Shown here: piece by piece, positions 19,331-28,737 of the stretch
How positions within the stretch are numbered: position 1 is the stretch's first letter
Layout: each line of letters opens with the position of its first letter
DNA from: Bacteriovoracia bacterium
GTDB taxonomy: Bacteria > Bdellovibrionota > Bacteriovoracia > Bacteriovoracales > Bacteriovoracaceae
Reading direction: 5' to 3'
NCBI GenBank assembly: GCA_030431635.1
Contig: JAUIIL010000010.1
Span: forward strand, 19,093-83,092
Length of the DNA: 64,000 nt
Notes under the pieces: model-generated
The model's input: only the letters and a program-made list of their open reading frames with translations
Database searches by the model: none
Told to the model about the DNA's origin: nothing
Made by a program: the position numbers and the translations under genes

Positions 19331-20575
19331 ATGACAAATCTTAAAACTGGACTTAGTGAAAAAGAAGTTGAGCAAGAACTTGAAAGGCAGTTTAAAGCCT
19401 TAAAATTTGGAAGTGTAGAAATCACACCAGAGCTAGAATTTAAAAAAATGCTGAAAAACTCAATCGCGACTGCGAAACCTCTTAGAATAAAACTTGGAAT
19501 CGACCCAACTAGCCATGATATTCATATTGGACATCTTGTTCCGGTGAGAAAAATGAGGCTTTTCCAAGATCTTGGTCATGAAGGAATTATAATCATTGGA
19601 GATTACACGGCCCAAATCGGAGACCCGACGGGAAAGAATGAGTCTCGCCCTCCTTTGACTTTAGAGCAAACAAAAGAGAATGCAAAAAAATATATGGAAC
19701 AACTCTTCACTGTTCTTGATAAAGAAAAAACACAAATAAGATATCAATCGGAATGGTTTGGAAATGTCGGTCTGGTTGATCTGATGTCATGGGCCGGTCA
19801 AACGACTGTGGCCAAGCTTTTAAGTCATGATACTTTTAAAAATAGATTAGATTCCGAGCAATCTCTCGGTCTTCATGAACTGTTTTACCCTGTTTTGCAA
19901 GGTATTGATTCAGTCTACATTGAAGCCGATGTAGAGCTCGGAGGAAGTGATCAAAAATTTAATGTTCTAATGGGGCGAGATTACCAGAAAGCCAGAAACA
20001 AAAGACCACAATGTGCTCTCTTGACACCGATTCTGATTGGAACTGACGGGGCCCAAAAGATGAGCAAATCTTTAGGCAACTATATTGGAATTTTTGATGA
20101 ACCTTTTGATAAATTTGGAAAGGTCATGAGTATACCTGATAACCAAATGGGTAATTATGCAATGTATGCGGCAAACTACTCAGCTCAAGAGTATGAGTCT
20201 TTTATGAAAGAGCTCGACTCTGGTCAATTACATCCGAACGAGGCCAAGAAAAGACTTGCGGCCAAGGTTGTTTCAGCTTTCCACGGAGAAGAAGTGGCCC
20301 AACAGATGAGAGAGCAGTTTGAAAGAGTATTTGCCAAGAAAAAGGTTCCTGATGAAGTTGAAAGTTTTTCTTTTCAAAGGGGGCAATCCATTTTAGAGGT
20401 CCTAGTGGGTTCAAAACTCTTAAGCTCTAACTCAGAAGCCAGAAGAATGCTAAAGCAAAACGCAGTGAGTTTTGTTGATGGTGATAAGATAACAGACGAG
20501 AAATGGAGTCTCGATGATTCATGTGCGGGGAGAGTACTCAAAGTAGGGAAGAGGAAATTTCTTAAATTGGTCTAG
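19331..20575 (+). CDS. tyrS: Tyrosyl-tRNA synthetase
   Basis: HIGH motif (DIHIGHLV), KMSKS motif, and a C-terminal S4-like domain (ARRMLKQNAVSFVDG). Confidence 0.95.
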   Translation: MTNLKTGLSEKEVEQELERQFKALKFGSVEITPELEFKKMLKNSIATAKPLRIKLGIDPTSHDIHIGHLVPVRKMRLFQDLGHEGIIIIGDYTAQIGDPTGKNESRPPLTLEQTKENAKKYMEQLFTVLDKEKTQIRYQSEWFGNVGLVDLMSWAGQTTVAKLLSHDTFKNRLDSEQSLGLHELFYPVLQGIDSVYIEADVELGGSDQKFNVLMGRDYQKARNKRPQCALLTPILIGTDGAQKMSKSLGNYIGIFDEPFDKFGKVMSIPDNQMGNYAMYAANYSAQEYESFMKELDSGQLHPNEAKKRLAAKVVSAFHGEEVAQQMREQFERVFAKKKVPDEVESFSFQRGQSILEVLVGSKLLSSNSEARRMLKQNAVSFVDGDKITDEKWSLDDSCAGRVLKVGKRKFLKLV

Positions 20576-21196
20576 GTGATGAAGAAGAGATTATTAAAAG
20601 CGCTTTCAGAGATGAAGAAAGTTTTCTCAGAAAATGAGGAAGCGCTGTCGGCCATTGACGTTCTTACTAAGTTTACAAAAGAAATTGAAGAGGAGACAAA
20701 AAAAACAGAAGATTTTTTTGTTCCGCAAGAGTTTCAAAATCAAAATAGCATTGTTCTGTACTCAGATGGAGCTTGTCGAGGAAACCCTGGACCTGGCTCT
20801 TATGCCTGTATCGGGCAAAACCAAAATTCTGAAATACTTTTCACTGAAGCTGATGTGGACTCTCACACAACAAATAATAAGATGGAAATGAAAGGGGCCA
20901 TAAGGGCCTTAGAAATCGTTGAAGAAAGTGGACTTACATACGAACGAATCGCTCTTTTCACTGATTCTAAATATGTTGTTGATGGTATTCAAAAATGGGT
21001 TCCAAGTTGGAAGCAAAGGGGATGGAAAAAAGCGGATAAAAAAGAACCCGAAAACCTTGAGTTGTGGAAAAGACTAGATGAATTAAATCAAAACACAAAG
21101 GTTGAGTTCTACTGGGTTAAAGGACACGCTGGCCACCCTCAAAACGAATTTTGTGATCGCCTTGCTAACGAAGCTTTAGATAATGAAGGTTTTTAG
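20576..21196 (+). CDS. rnhA: Ribonuclease HI with ~55-aa N-terminal extension
   Basis: LYSDGACRGNPGPGSYA...TNNKMEMKGAI...LFTDSKYV...VEFYWVKGHAGHPQNEFCDRLA matches the RNase H DEDD motifs. Confidence 0.9.
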   Translation: MMKKRLLKALSEMKKVFSENEEALSAIDVLTKFTKEIEEETKKTEDFFVPQEFQNQNSIVLYSDGACRGNPGPGSYACIGQNQNSEILFTEADVDSHTTNNKMEMKGAIRALEIVEESGLTYERIALFTDSKYVVDGIQKWVPSWKQRGWKKADKKEPENLELWKRLDELNQNTKVEFYWVKGHAGHPQNEFCDRLANEALDNEGF

Positions 21197-21983
21197 TTTT
21201 CTTTTTTTCTTCTGTACTCTCTCTTACTCTTGTCATCTAGATGAAGAATATGAGTTTTTTTCTCTTTCAGGCCCTGTCACCCAAATTCTCCAAGAGCTTA
21301 ATTTATTAAACAATAAACCGCTTAAAGGAGTCTCTAGTTTTCACTTTGTTGAAACGAGTGCTCAAAAAATAGATGGAGGTATTTTTTTATCTTCAAGGTT
21401 TTTAAAAGAATTTAATAAACCAGTTGTTTTTTATGATGAGTCAGAACAACTTGCAAAGCTTTTTCCTAAAATTCCTCAGTTGAAGAGTCATCAGGTGCTA
21501 ACAAGAAAAAGCGATTTGTATGATATTAACCTTCAAGCTATTAATCAGGTTTTACCTTATTTAAAAAATTGTGGTAGTGAGCTCGTTAAGTTGAACTCTA
21601 GCTTGGGTGATTTAAAAGAAAAAATAACTCAACAAAAAAAAATGACTCCAAGATTAATTTTTTATCTTGGAAAACTAACAAACACAAAGAAGCCTCAACT
21701 TGTAATGAGTAATGATTTATTTGTAAAAAAGTGGCGAGAGCTCAAAAAAATTGAAACATATCCTAGCACTCTCGAGTACGCTACGTGGTCAGTTAAAGTA
21801 CTTAAAGATTTAGAAAATGGTTATATTGAAATTGGACTAAATCACGGAGAAGAAAGAATAGAGAAAGTTGAGATGAATAAGTTTAATCTTTTCTACCCAC
21901 ATATCCTTACTCCGGGTCTTTCTCAAATTAAGTTTATGGCCAATTTCTCTCGCCTCTTAAAAAAAATGAAAGAGGTTCACTAA
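21183..21983 (+). CDS. Putative periplasmic substrate-binding protein (BtuF/FhuD-like class)
   Basis: Signal peptide. FFSLSGPVTQILQELNLLNNKPLKGVS resembles the Peripla_BP_2 N-terminal pattern. An ABC ATPase and a FecCD permease follow directly. Confidence 0.5.
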   Translation: MKVFSFLFFFCTLSYSCHLDEEYEFFSLSGPVTQILQELNLLNNKPLKGVSSFHFVETSAQKIDGGIFLSSRFLKEFNKPVVFYDESEQLAKLFPKIPQLKSHQVLTRKSDLYDINLQAINQVLPYLKNCGSELVKLNSSLGDLKEKITQQKKMTPRLIFYLGKLTNTKKPQLVMSNDLFVKKWRELKKIETYPSTLEYATWSVKVLKDLENGYIEIGLNHGEERIEKVEMNKFNLFYPHILTPGLSQIKFMANFSRLLKKMKEVH

Positions 21984-21984
21984 A

Positions 21985-22587
21985 ATGAATTATGTTGTAG
22001 AGAATCACTTTCAAGAGGGGGTTCAACTTATTCATGGCAAGATTCATGGAATCTGGAAACTTGTGCAAGGGGAGTCCCAGCTATGGCAAGGAGCTAACGG
22101 GATTGGAAAATCGTCTTTTTTACGTTTCTTAAGAGAAAATGAAAAAAAATACTTGAAAGAAGTGGTATGCTCTTACCTTATGCAAGGCCCTCTTCATGTG
22201 CTAGGGGACTACACTCCTCGTGATTTAATAAAGCATACAGAAGATTATTTAGGAAAAAGTTTTGAGTCCTCTCAAGAGTTAATAGAAGGATTTAAACTTC
22301 AAAGTCGCCTTGATACACCGATCAGGTTTTTATCAGGAGGGGAGAATCAGCTTGTTAAGTTACTCTCTTGTTTAATGCTCTCAAGTTCAGTTTATTTTTT
22401 GGATGAAGCCACAACTCACCTTGATGAAGAGAGGATTAAATTCCTTTTCGATTACATACAAAAAAGAAAAAAAGATGGAGTAAGCTTTGTCCTTATAGAG
22501 CATCATCCCCATGCTTCACTTTTTTGTGAAAGTGTTTTGAAGTTTTCAAAAAGAAACCGACTAGAGATTGAATATGAACGAGTATGA
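21985..22587 (+). CDS. ABC transporter ATP-binding protein (compact, 200 aa)
   Basis: Walker A GANGIGKSS, signature LSGGENQ, Walker B VYFLDEATTHLD, H-loop region LIEHH. Confidence 0.75.
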   Translation: MNYVVENHFQEGVQLIHGKIHGIWKLVQGESQLWQGANGIGKSSFLRFLRENEKKYLKEVVCSYLMQGPLHVLGDYTPRDLIKHTEDYLGKSFESSQELIEGFKLQSRLDTPIRFLSGGENQLVKLLSCLMLSSSVYFLDEATTHLDEERIKFLFDYIQKRKKDGVSFVLIEHHPHASLFCESVLKFSKRNRLEIEYERV

Positions 22588-23437
22588 ATTAATAATGCGC
22601 TTTCTATGCAGTTTCTTTTCCGGAGCTCTTTTATGCTTAGGCGGAAGTTTTTGCCAAGTTTATACCCAAAATGAAATGGCTTCTCCATCTACGCTTGGTT
22701 TTAGTGGGCTTGTTGTCTTACAAGTTATCATTTTCCATTTATTAAAAACCATTTTTCATTGGAGTTTTCCCCTCGAATACGGAGCCCTCGTTTTATCCTT
22801 TCTTTTTTTAGTAGTTCTTCTTCTTTTAACAAAAAGTAAGAGAATGAGTTTCACTAAAATGAAAGAGCATCTTATTCTTCTGGGTATATGTTTTAACCTT
22901 CTTGTAGGATCTTTTTTTTCAATTCTCTACTTTCTCTTTCTTACCAAGGCCTTGGATTTCCCATCTTATCTTTGGTTTGGAAGTTTTAAGTTTGTTAATT
23001 TAGAAATGACAATTATTTCAGGCTTCTTTTGCCTTCTGGCTTTACTTTATGCCTCACGTTTTTCCTCTAAAATGCAGCTCCTTGTCTACGGAGCTGAGTA
23101 TTGCCAAAACCTAAAAATGGAACCTCTTAAATTTGTGGGACCTGTTATCTGTCTGAGTTATGTGAGTATGGCCATTACAACTTGTTTTTTTGGAGTATTT
23201 TCTTTTTTAGGACTTCTTTTCCCTCATTTATTACGGCATTTCTCTTTTTTCTCTCGAAATCTTAAAAGAGAGTTAACGATAGGGCCGCTTGTGAGTGGGA
23301 GCATTTTTGCTATAATTGATCAGTTTACTTACTTTTTCCCTCTAAACGGCGCCGAGCTTCCAGTTGGAATGATAACCTCAATTCTTGGCTGTTCGCTTTT
23401 TATCGTTTTACTCTTGAAGAAAAAAACAAATAGCTAG
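22568..23437 (+). CDS. FecCD/BtuC-family ABC permease
   Basis: Polytopic membrane protein. Its C-terminus AELPVGMITSILGCSLFIVLLLKK is typical of FecCD permeases. Confidence 0.7.
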   Translation: MNMNEYELIMRFLCSFFSGALLCLGGSFCQVYTQNEMASPSTLGFSGLVVLQVIIFHLLKTIFHWSFPLEYGALVLSFLFLVVLLLLTKSKRMSFTKMKEHLILLGICFNLLVGSFFSILYFLFLTKALDFPSYLWFGSFKFVNLEMTIISGFFCLLALLYASRFSSKMQLLVYGAEYCQNLKMEPLKFVGPVICLSYVSMAITTCFFGVFSFLGLLFPHLLRHFSFFSRNLKRELTIGPLVSGSIFAIIDQFTYFFPLNGAELPVGMITSILGCSLFIVLLLKKKTNS

Positions 23438-23514
23438 ATGCGTTAACTTGCGAATTTCAGTAAAAAACATTAACCTTAGAAAGTAAGTTAATAACTGCAG
23501 ACAAAGGAAATAAT

Positions 23515-24240
23515 GTGAAAAAAGCAATTTCATCCATGAGTATTCTAACTTTGTTACTGGCCCTTACTGTGAGCTGTAATAAAGTTGATGTTGAAAAAGT
23601 AAAAGTTGAAAGCGAACAAGACAAAACTCTTTATGCAATGGGAGTTATGCTTGGTTCTAACCTGAAAAGACTTGAGCTAAATGATAATGAACTTAATGCT
23701 CTCTTTAAAGGTTTAAAACATGCTGCTAAAGGTGCACAAACAGAAGTTGATATGGCCAGCTATCAGCCAAAGATTCAAGCGATGTTTAGAGAGAGAATGC
23801 AAAAGGTTGTTGAGTCAGAAAAGCAAAAGGGTACTGAATTTATAAAAAAATTCTCATCAGAAGAAGGGGTTAAAACAACAAAATCTGGACTTGCTTATAA
23901 AGTTCTTAAAGAAGGAACAGGTAAGTCTCCTAGTGCGACTGATGAAGTTGAAGTCCATTATCATGGAACTCTTATTGATGGAACAGTATTTGATTCTTCA
24001 GTAGAAAGAGGAAAGACGATTACTTTTCCTCTTAATAGAGTTATTCCTGGTTGGACTGAAGGTCTTCAGTTGATGAAAGAAGGGGCCAAGTATAAGTTTG
24101 CTATTCCTTCAGACCTTGCTTACAGAGATGCAGGTGCTCCTCCTAAGATTCCAGGTGGTGCAACTCTTATTTTTGAAGTCGAGCTTTTTAAAGTAGGAGC
24201 GGCCAAGAAAGAAGAAGAGAAGAAAAAGAAGAAGAAGTAG
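23515..24240 (+). CDS. FKBP-type peptidyl-prolyl isomerase (FkpA/Mip-like), probable lipoprotein
   Basis: GTG start. LLLALTVSCNK is lipobox-like. Has an N-terminal dimerisation-helix region and an FKBP core (VHYHGTLIDGTVFDSS...FPLNRVIPGWTEGLQLMKEG...IPGGATLIFEVEL). The tail is Lys-rich. Confidence 0.85.
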   Translation: MKKAISSMSILTLLLALTVSCNKVDVEKVKVESEQDKTLYAMGVMLGSNLKRLELNDNELNALFKGLKHAAKGAQTEVDMASYQPKIQAMFRERMQKVVESEKQKGTEFIKKFSSEEGVKTTKSGLAYKVLKEGTGKSPSATDEVEVHYHGTLIDGTVFDSSVERGKTITFPLNRVIPGWTEGLQLMKEGAKYKFAIPSDLAYRDAGAPPKIPGGATLIFEVELFKVGAAKKEEEKKKKKK

Positions 24241-24267
24241 TCGGAAGCTAGAAAAATAGACTTTAAA

Positions 24268-24297
24268 GGCCCTGTTCATAAGCAGGGCTTTTTTTTG
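24268..24297 (+). terminator. Rho-independent terminator
   Basis: GCCCTG (24269-24274) pairs with CAGGGC (24283-24288), followed by T8. Confidence 0.7.
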
Positions 24298-24350
24298 TAA
24301 TAATTACATGATGTTACCCTGTTGTTGCGACGCGTTTTTCTCTATGATAA

Positions 24351-25559
24351 ATGATCTGGATGAGATTTATTCTTCTAGTGACAATATTGATGACGGCTTT
24401 GGTATGCCATGCAGGAGAAGTTAGTACTTATTTCTTTGCTCTAAAAAAACCAATTAGAATTTTTCCTTTTGATAGTGAGCTTCACAAGAAAGGCTTTCCT
24501 TTTGTTAGTGAAAAAAACCTCAAATATATTGAAGTTGTGACCATTAATAATATCCCACAGCCCAGCTCTTTATTGCATATTGCTCTCGATAGAGTTCTTA
24601 ATATAGAAAAACCCGCCATTGAGGATTATCAGTTATTTCAAGAAGGCCACAAAAAAATTGAAACAGTCACTTTCCTTGCATCTATCCCTTATGAAAATGA
24701 TTTAACTATTTACCAAAACGTTTCTCTCAAACTCAGCCAAGACGATTACAAGAATATTGTGCTTTCTTTTATCGAAGAGATGAGACAAAACTCTTTCTAT
24801 TATCACTTTTTTAAAGAGTATTTTCCTGAAGCTAATAAACATTCTCAAAGGATAAGAATTTTTAAAGAGAATTTACTTAAAGCTTTTGAAGTAATTGGAG
24901 TTAGTAAGCGTTCTCTTATTGACCCTAGTATCAACGCACTTGAAAGAAGTATAGATGATTTTTTTAGGTTGAAAGAAATCCGAAAAATTATAAGGGCCAG
25001 TACTCGGGATTCGTTTCATACACAACTTGATGAAGTCTTTGCAAAAAAGTATGAGAATTCATTTCGAGCCATTTCTGAAAATCTGAGAAAATTAGGAGGT
25101 AAGTTTTCGAAACTTTCGGAAGACAGTAAAGTGAAAAGAGATGTTGTCACTAAAATAAATAATTCAATGGCCAAACTTTTTTTTGATTTAATGGAGCAAG
25201 AAAAAGTATTCAACGATCCATTTGTTATTTCTCTTATTCAAAAGAGATTAGATGGGATCAAAAATAGCCGTACAGGAAGGCTAGGGAAAGGGATTGGAAC
25301 CAGGTTAATTAGAACTATCAACGAAGCCTTTCTTGAGAAAGAAGGAATTGTCCTTATTTACTTTTTCACATTTCTTACTTTTGGAAATAATCAGGGCTTA
25401 TTAATTGGTATGTTGTCGGGACTTACAGCATTAAGTAGTTATATTGCAATTAGCACCCATAAGAGAGAAAAGTTTGAAATGAAGCTTTTTGAAAATTTGA
25501 TGGAGCGTCTTGTTTTATATCCAGAAGATTGCTCGAAAGAGTTTTTAAAACTTTATTAA
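24351..25559 (+). CDS. Hypothetical membrane-associated protein
   Basis: N-terminal signal/anchor and two C-terminal hydrophobic helices (VLIYFFTFLTF, LLIGMLSGLTALSSYIAI). No motif recognised. Confidence 0.45.
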   Translation: MIWMRFILLVTILMTALVCHAGEVSTYFFALKKPIRIFPFDSELHKKGFPFVSEKNLKYIEVVTINNIPQPSSLLHIALDRVLNIEKPAIEDYQLFQEGHKKIETVTFLASIPYENDLTIYQNVSLKLSQDDYKNIVLSFIEEMRQNSFYYHFFKEYFPEANKHSQRIRIFKENLLKAFEVIGVSKRSLIDPSINALERSIDDFFRLKEIRKIIRASTRDSFHTQLDEVFAKKYENSFRAISENLRKLGGKFSKLSEDSKVKRDVVTKINNSMAKLFFDLMEQEKVFNDPFVISLIQKRLDGIKNSRTGRLGKGIGTRLIRTINEAFLEKEGIVLIYFFTFLTFGNNQGLLIGMLSGLTALSSYIAISTHKREKFEMKLFENLMERLVLYPEDCSKEFLKLY

Positions 25560-25584
25560 CGTTTGTTATTGCCATTATTCCATT

Positions 25585-26187
25585 ATGAAAATACATGAAT
25601 ATTTAAAATCTTTTTTAACATCATCTGAAGTAACTCTTGTTGGACCAATGGCCAATCAAAAGTTGCAGTTGAGATCTCCAGTTATTTATATTGATGGGGG
25701 AGCAGAATTTAAAACTTGTGAGGGTTTGGTTGTAGGTGATGGAGACTCTTTTTTCGGAGAGATAGATGTTCCTTTAAATTCAGAGAAAGACTTCTCTGAT
25801 CTTGCTTTTTGCCTTCAGCAAATTCCTGAAAAATTTCATACGATTCGCCTGCATGGTTTTTTGGGGGGCCGAAGAGACCATGAATATATAAATGTTATAG
25901 AAGCCCATCAGTTTTTAACAGAGCGCACACAGACAAAATGCCTTTTTGACGAAGAGGTACTGTTATTATCATCAGGAGAATTTGAGCTCGCTTACCATGG
26001 ATTTTTTTCTCTTCTGGGCCTCTCTCATGGCCACATAAGCCTGTCTGGCGAAGTGAAGTATAGTCTTGAAAATAGGTCTCTCAAGGCCCTGAGCTCCCAC
26101 GGATTAAGTAATCAAGCATATGGAAATTTTTCCATTCAAACCCAGCAGCCGGTTATTATTTTTTTTGACAAAGATTTGAAAAAATGA
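25585..26187 (+). CDS. Thiamine pyrophosphokinase (ThiN/TPK type)
   Basis: VIYIDGGAEF, VVGDGDSF, EKDFSDLAFCL and GFLGGRRDHEYINV match the TPK catalytic-domain pattern. Confidence 0.7.
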   Translation: MKIHEYLKSFLTSSEVTLVGPMANQKLQLRSPVIYIDGGAEFKTCEGLVVGDGDSFFGEIDVPLNSEKDFSDLAFCLQQIPEKFHTIRLHGFLGGRRDHEYINVIEAHQFLTERTQTKCLFDEEVLLLSSGEFELAYHGFFSLLGLSHGHISLSGEVKYSLENRSLKALSSHGLSNQAYGNFSIQTQQPVIIFFDKDLKK

Positions 26188-26200
26188 TTCTTGTCATGAA

Positions 26201-27580
26201 ATGACTTCGTATTCTATTTTTATTTATTTAGGACTTCAAATTGCGTTAGGACTCTACCTCTCTCGCTTCATTAAAGACGAAGAAGATTTCTTTCTTGGAG
26301 GAAGAAAACTTCCAACTTTTGCGATTGCTCTCTCTATCTTTGCCACTTGGTTTGGCTCTGAAACTTGCATAGGGTCATCAGCTGCTGTTTTTTCTAGCGG
26401 TCTTTCTGGCTCAAAAGCAGAACCTTTTGGCTACGGGCTTTGTTTAGTTTTAACAGCCTGTTTTGTGGCCCCTAAAATATGGAACGATCGCTATACAACT
26501 CTAGGAGATTTTATTGAAGATAAATACTCCTCTGGAGTCAAAGAGCTCTTTATTTGGATTGTTCTTCCAAGCTCTCTGATTTGGGCCGCGGCCCAGCTCA
26601 AGGCTTTTGGGCAAGTTCTGACTGTGAGTTCTGGTATGAGTTTGGAGAGTGCGATGACAACAGCTTCAGTCTTTGTCATTGTTTATTCCTTTCTTGGGGG
26701 ATTTATTGGTGATGTTGTCACCGACGTCATTCAAGGTGGTTTTTTGGCCATCGGTCTTCTCGTTGTTGCTTACTTCGCTTTTAAGAGCTCAGATGTTTCC
26801 TGGGCCAAGGTTGCTCCAGAGAGGCTTTCTTTTATTTCAGATGAAGGGAGTTTACTTGAAAGGTTAGATAGTTGGCTCATTCCTATTTTTGGTTCGCTGA
26901 TTTCTCAAGAGCTCATTGCAAGAGTTTTGAGTAGCAAAAATCCCTCTCAAGCCTCCAGGGCTTCTTATTGGGGAGCTGGTGTTTATTTTTTCTTTGGCTC
27001 CATTCCTATTATGCTTGGGATTTTTGGTGATCAATTCGGGCTTCAAATTCAAGAGAGTGAACAGTTTCTTCCAACTTTAGCGAAAACAACGTTACCTAAC
27101 TGGGGATTTGTCCTTTTTGCAGGAGCTCTGATTTCTGCGATACTCTCAACCATTGACTCTATTCTTCTGGCCAGTAGTGCTCTCATTTCTCACAATATAT
27201 TAGTGCCTAAGTTTAATCTCAAATCCAATAAACAAAAGGTTCTTAGTGCTCGTCTTGTGCTTATTTGCTTTGGGATTATTACTTATTTATTGGCCTTATT
27301 TGGTGACTCTATTTATGAGATGGTGGAATTGGCCAGCAGTTTCGGAACTACTGGGGTTTTAGTTGTTACTATCGGTGGACTTTTTCATACGAGAGCAAAT
27401 GGACTAGTCGCGGTGATGACTCTTTTGTTAGGACTTGTTCTTAGTATTGTCATGGGGCTTATTTTAAAAATTGATGCTGCTTTTACTTTGAACTTAATGA
27501 TTGTTTCTGTTTTTTATTTTACTGGATTGTATATTCAAAAGAAGGCCTCATTGAGGCCTTCTTCATCGTCTTCTTCTTAG
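26201..27580 (+). CDS. Sodium:solute symporter (SSS) family transporter
   Basis: About 12-13 TM helices. FFLGGRKLPTFAIALSIFATWFGSETCIGSS is the typical SSS N-terminal motif. Confidence 0.85.
   Translation: MTSYSIFIYLGLQIALGLYLSRFIKDEEDFFLGGRKLPTFAIALSIFATWFGSETCIGSSAAVFSSGLSGSKAEPFGYGLCLVLTACFVAPKIWNDRYTTLGDFIEDKYSSGVKELFIWIVLPSSLIWAAAQLKAFGQVLTVSSGMSLESAMTTASVFVIVYSFLGGFIGDVVTDVIQGGFLAIGLLVVAYFAFKSSDVSWAKVAPERLSFISDEGSLLERLDSWLIPIFGSLISQELIARVLSSKNPSQASRASYWGAGVYFFFGSIPIMLGIFGDQFGLQIQESEQFLPTLAKTTLPNWGFVLFAGALISAILSTIDSILLASSALISHNILVPKFNLKSNKQKVLSARLVLICFGIITYLLALFGDSIYEMVELASSFGTTGVLVVTIGGLFHTRANGLVAVMTLLLGLVLSIVMGLILKIDAAFTLNLMIVSVFYFTGLYIQKKASLRPSSSSSS
27535..27560 (-). terminator. Hairpin (candidate terminator of the minus-strand metalloprotease gene) embedded in the 3' end of the SSS gene
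   Basis: AAGGCCTC (27542-27549) pairs with GAGGCCTT (27553-27560) around a 3-nt loop. On the minus strand CTTTTG follows. Confidence 0.4.
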
Positions 27581-28557
27581 AAAATTAAAGAACCTTCTTG
27601 GGGTTTGAACCAACATAGTGGTCTCATTCCAACTTGATCCCCATTAACTCTTGCACAAGAACCTTGGGTTTCATCTTCATAACCAACATCTTGGTTTTCA
27701 TCGACATGGCATAAGGCCCCTTGAAAATAAGTATCAAGTCTACACTGAGCAGGTGGATGAACATATGAAGTCCTGACAACAACTTTTGGATCTGGAGTAT
27801 TGTATCCAAGCTTAGTGGCAGGAACTCTATTTGTTGGGTTAGAGCTGAAAAAATGTGCTTGAGCTTTTGACTGTCCTGAGCTTGCTAGAACTTCAAGAAG
27901 TCTTGCAAGATTGTATCCGGCTAAAGTTGATCTTAAACAAATTTGATAATCTTCGCTCTCTCTTTGAAAATTCACTTCACATTGTTTTCTCACATGTACA
28001 GTGACTTCCTTAGAAGGAGCAAGAACTGGGCCTTCAGGCTTATTATTTAACGAATAAGAAGCTTTATGCTTAAAAAGTGTTCTTAAGCATTTCAATGTGG
28101 CCCAATAGTCAGACTGCCCTTCTGTTGAAGCCCATCTATCACCTTTTGTCGGAATTCCTCCAATATGATGTCCAAGTTCATGACAAACAACGGCCATGAA
28201 AGCATCTTGCGAAACGGCCCAATGCCTAGCAAGACCACCGTACATCGTAACAATATAATCATTCCCTGAACGGCTCGCACTTGCGTTGACTGTAGAGTTT
28301 GACCACTGTCTAGAAAATGTGAGGTTTCCACCTTTCTCATTAACAATGGGGCCATAAACTTCTAAGGCCAAATCGATAACTTCATTAAATTGTTTTTGAG
28401 TTATCCCACCTTTTTGAGTTGGAGTGTTTTCACTTTCTGGCGTCATTTCAATCCCGATTTGCACATCGTTTTCAGGTGCAAACCCTTGGCAAAGAGTTTG
28501 TTCATGGGCCATGAGTGAATAAGAAACTATAGATAAGATAAGGATTAGCGTTTTCAT
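27577..28557 (-). CDS. Secreted zinc metallopeptidase (HExxH), paralog 1
   Basis: Signal peptide, VVCHELGHHIGG, downstream STEGQSDY, and a conserved Cys-rich C-terminus (CRLDTYFQGALC...CARVNGDQVGMRPLCWFKP). Confidence 0.7.
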   Translation of the reverse strand: MKTLILILSIVSYSLMAHEQTLCQGFAPENDVQIGIEMTPESENTPTQKGGITQKQFNEVIDLALEVYGPIVNEKGGNLTFSRQWSNSTVNASASRSGNDYIVTMYGGLARHWAVSQDAFMAVVCHELGHHIGGIPTKGDRWASTEGQSDYWATLKCLRTLFKHKASYSLNNKPEGPVLAPSKEVTVHVRKQCEVNFQRESEDYQICLRSTLAGYNLARLLEVLASSGQSKAQAHFFSSNPTNRVPATKLGYNTPDPKVVVRTSYVHPPAQCRLDTYFQGALCHVDENQDVGYEDETQGSCARVNGDQVGMRPLCWFKPQEGSLIF

Positions 28558-28692
28558 ATTCCTCCTTGACTAGAAAAGCATAATTCATTTTTTCAATCCT
28601 CTTAGTTTTGTTTTTTTTTCTTCATTCGTCACGCTGAATAAGTTTGTGTAAGAGTATGTTGGGATGCTTGAGTAAAATACTTCAGGAAGGAA

Positions 28693-28721
28693 TAAAAAAA
28701 GGTCCACCAATCTGGTGGACC
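28693..28721 (-). terminator. Rho-independent terminator (minus strand)
   Basis: GGTCCACC pairs with GGTGGACC (28701-28721). The A7 at 28694-28700 is a T-run on the minus strand, just downstream of the 28738 stop. Confidence 0.7.
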
Positions 28722-28737
28722 TAAACTTTTTGATTAA

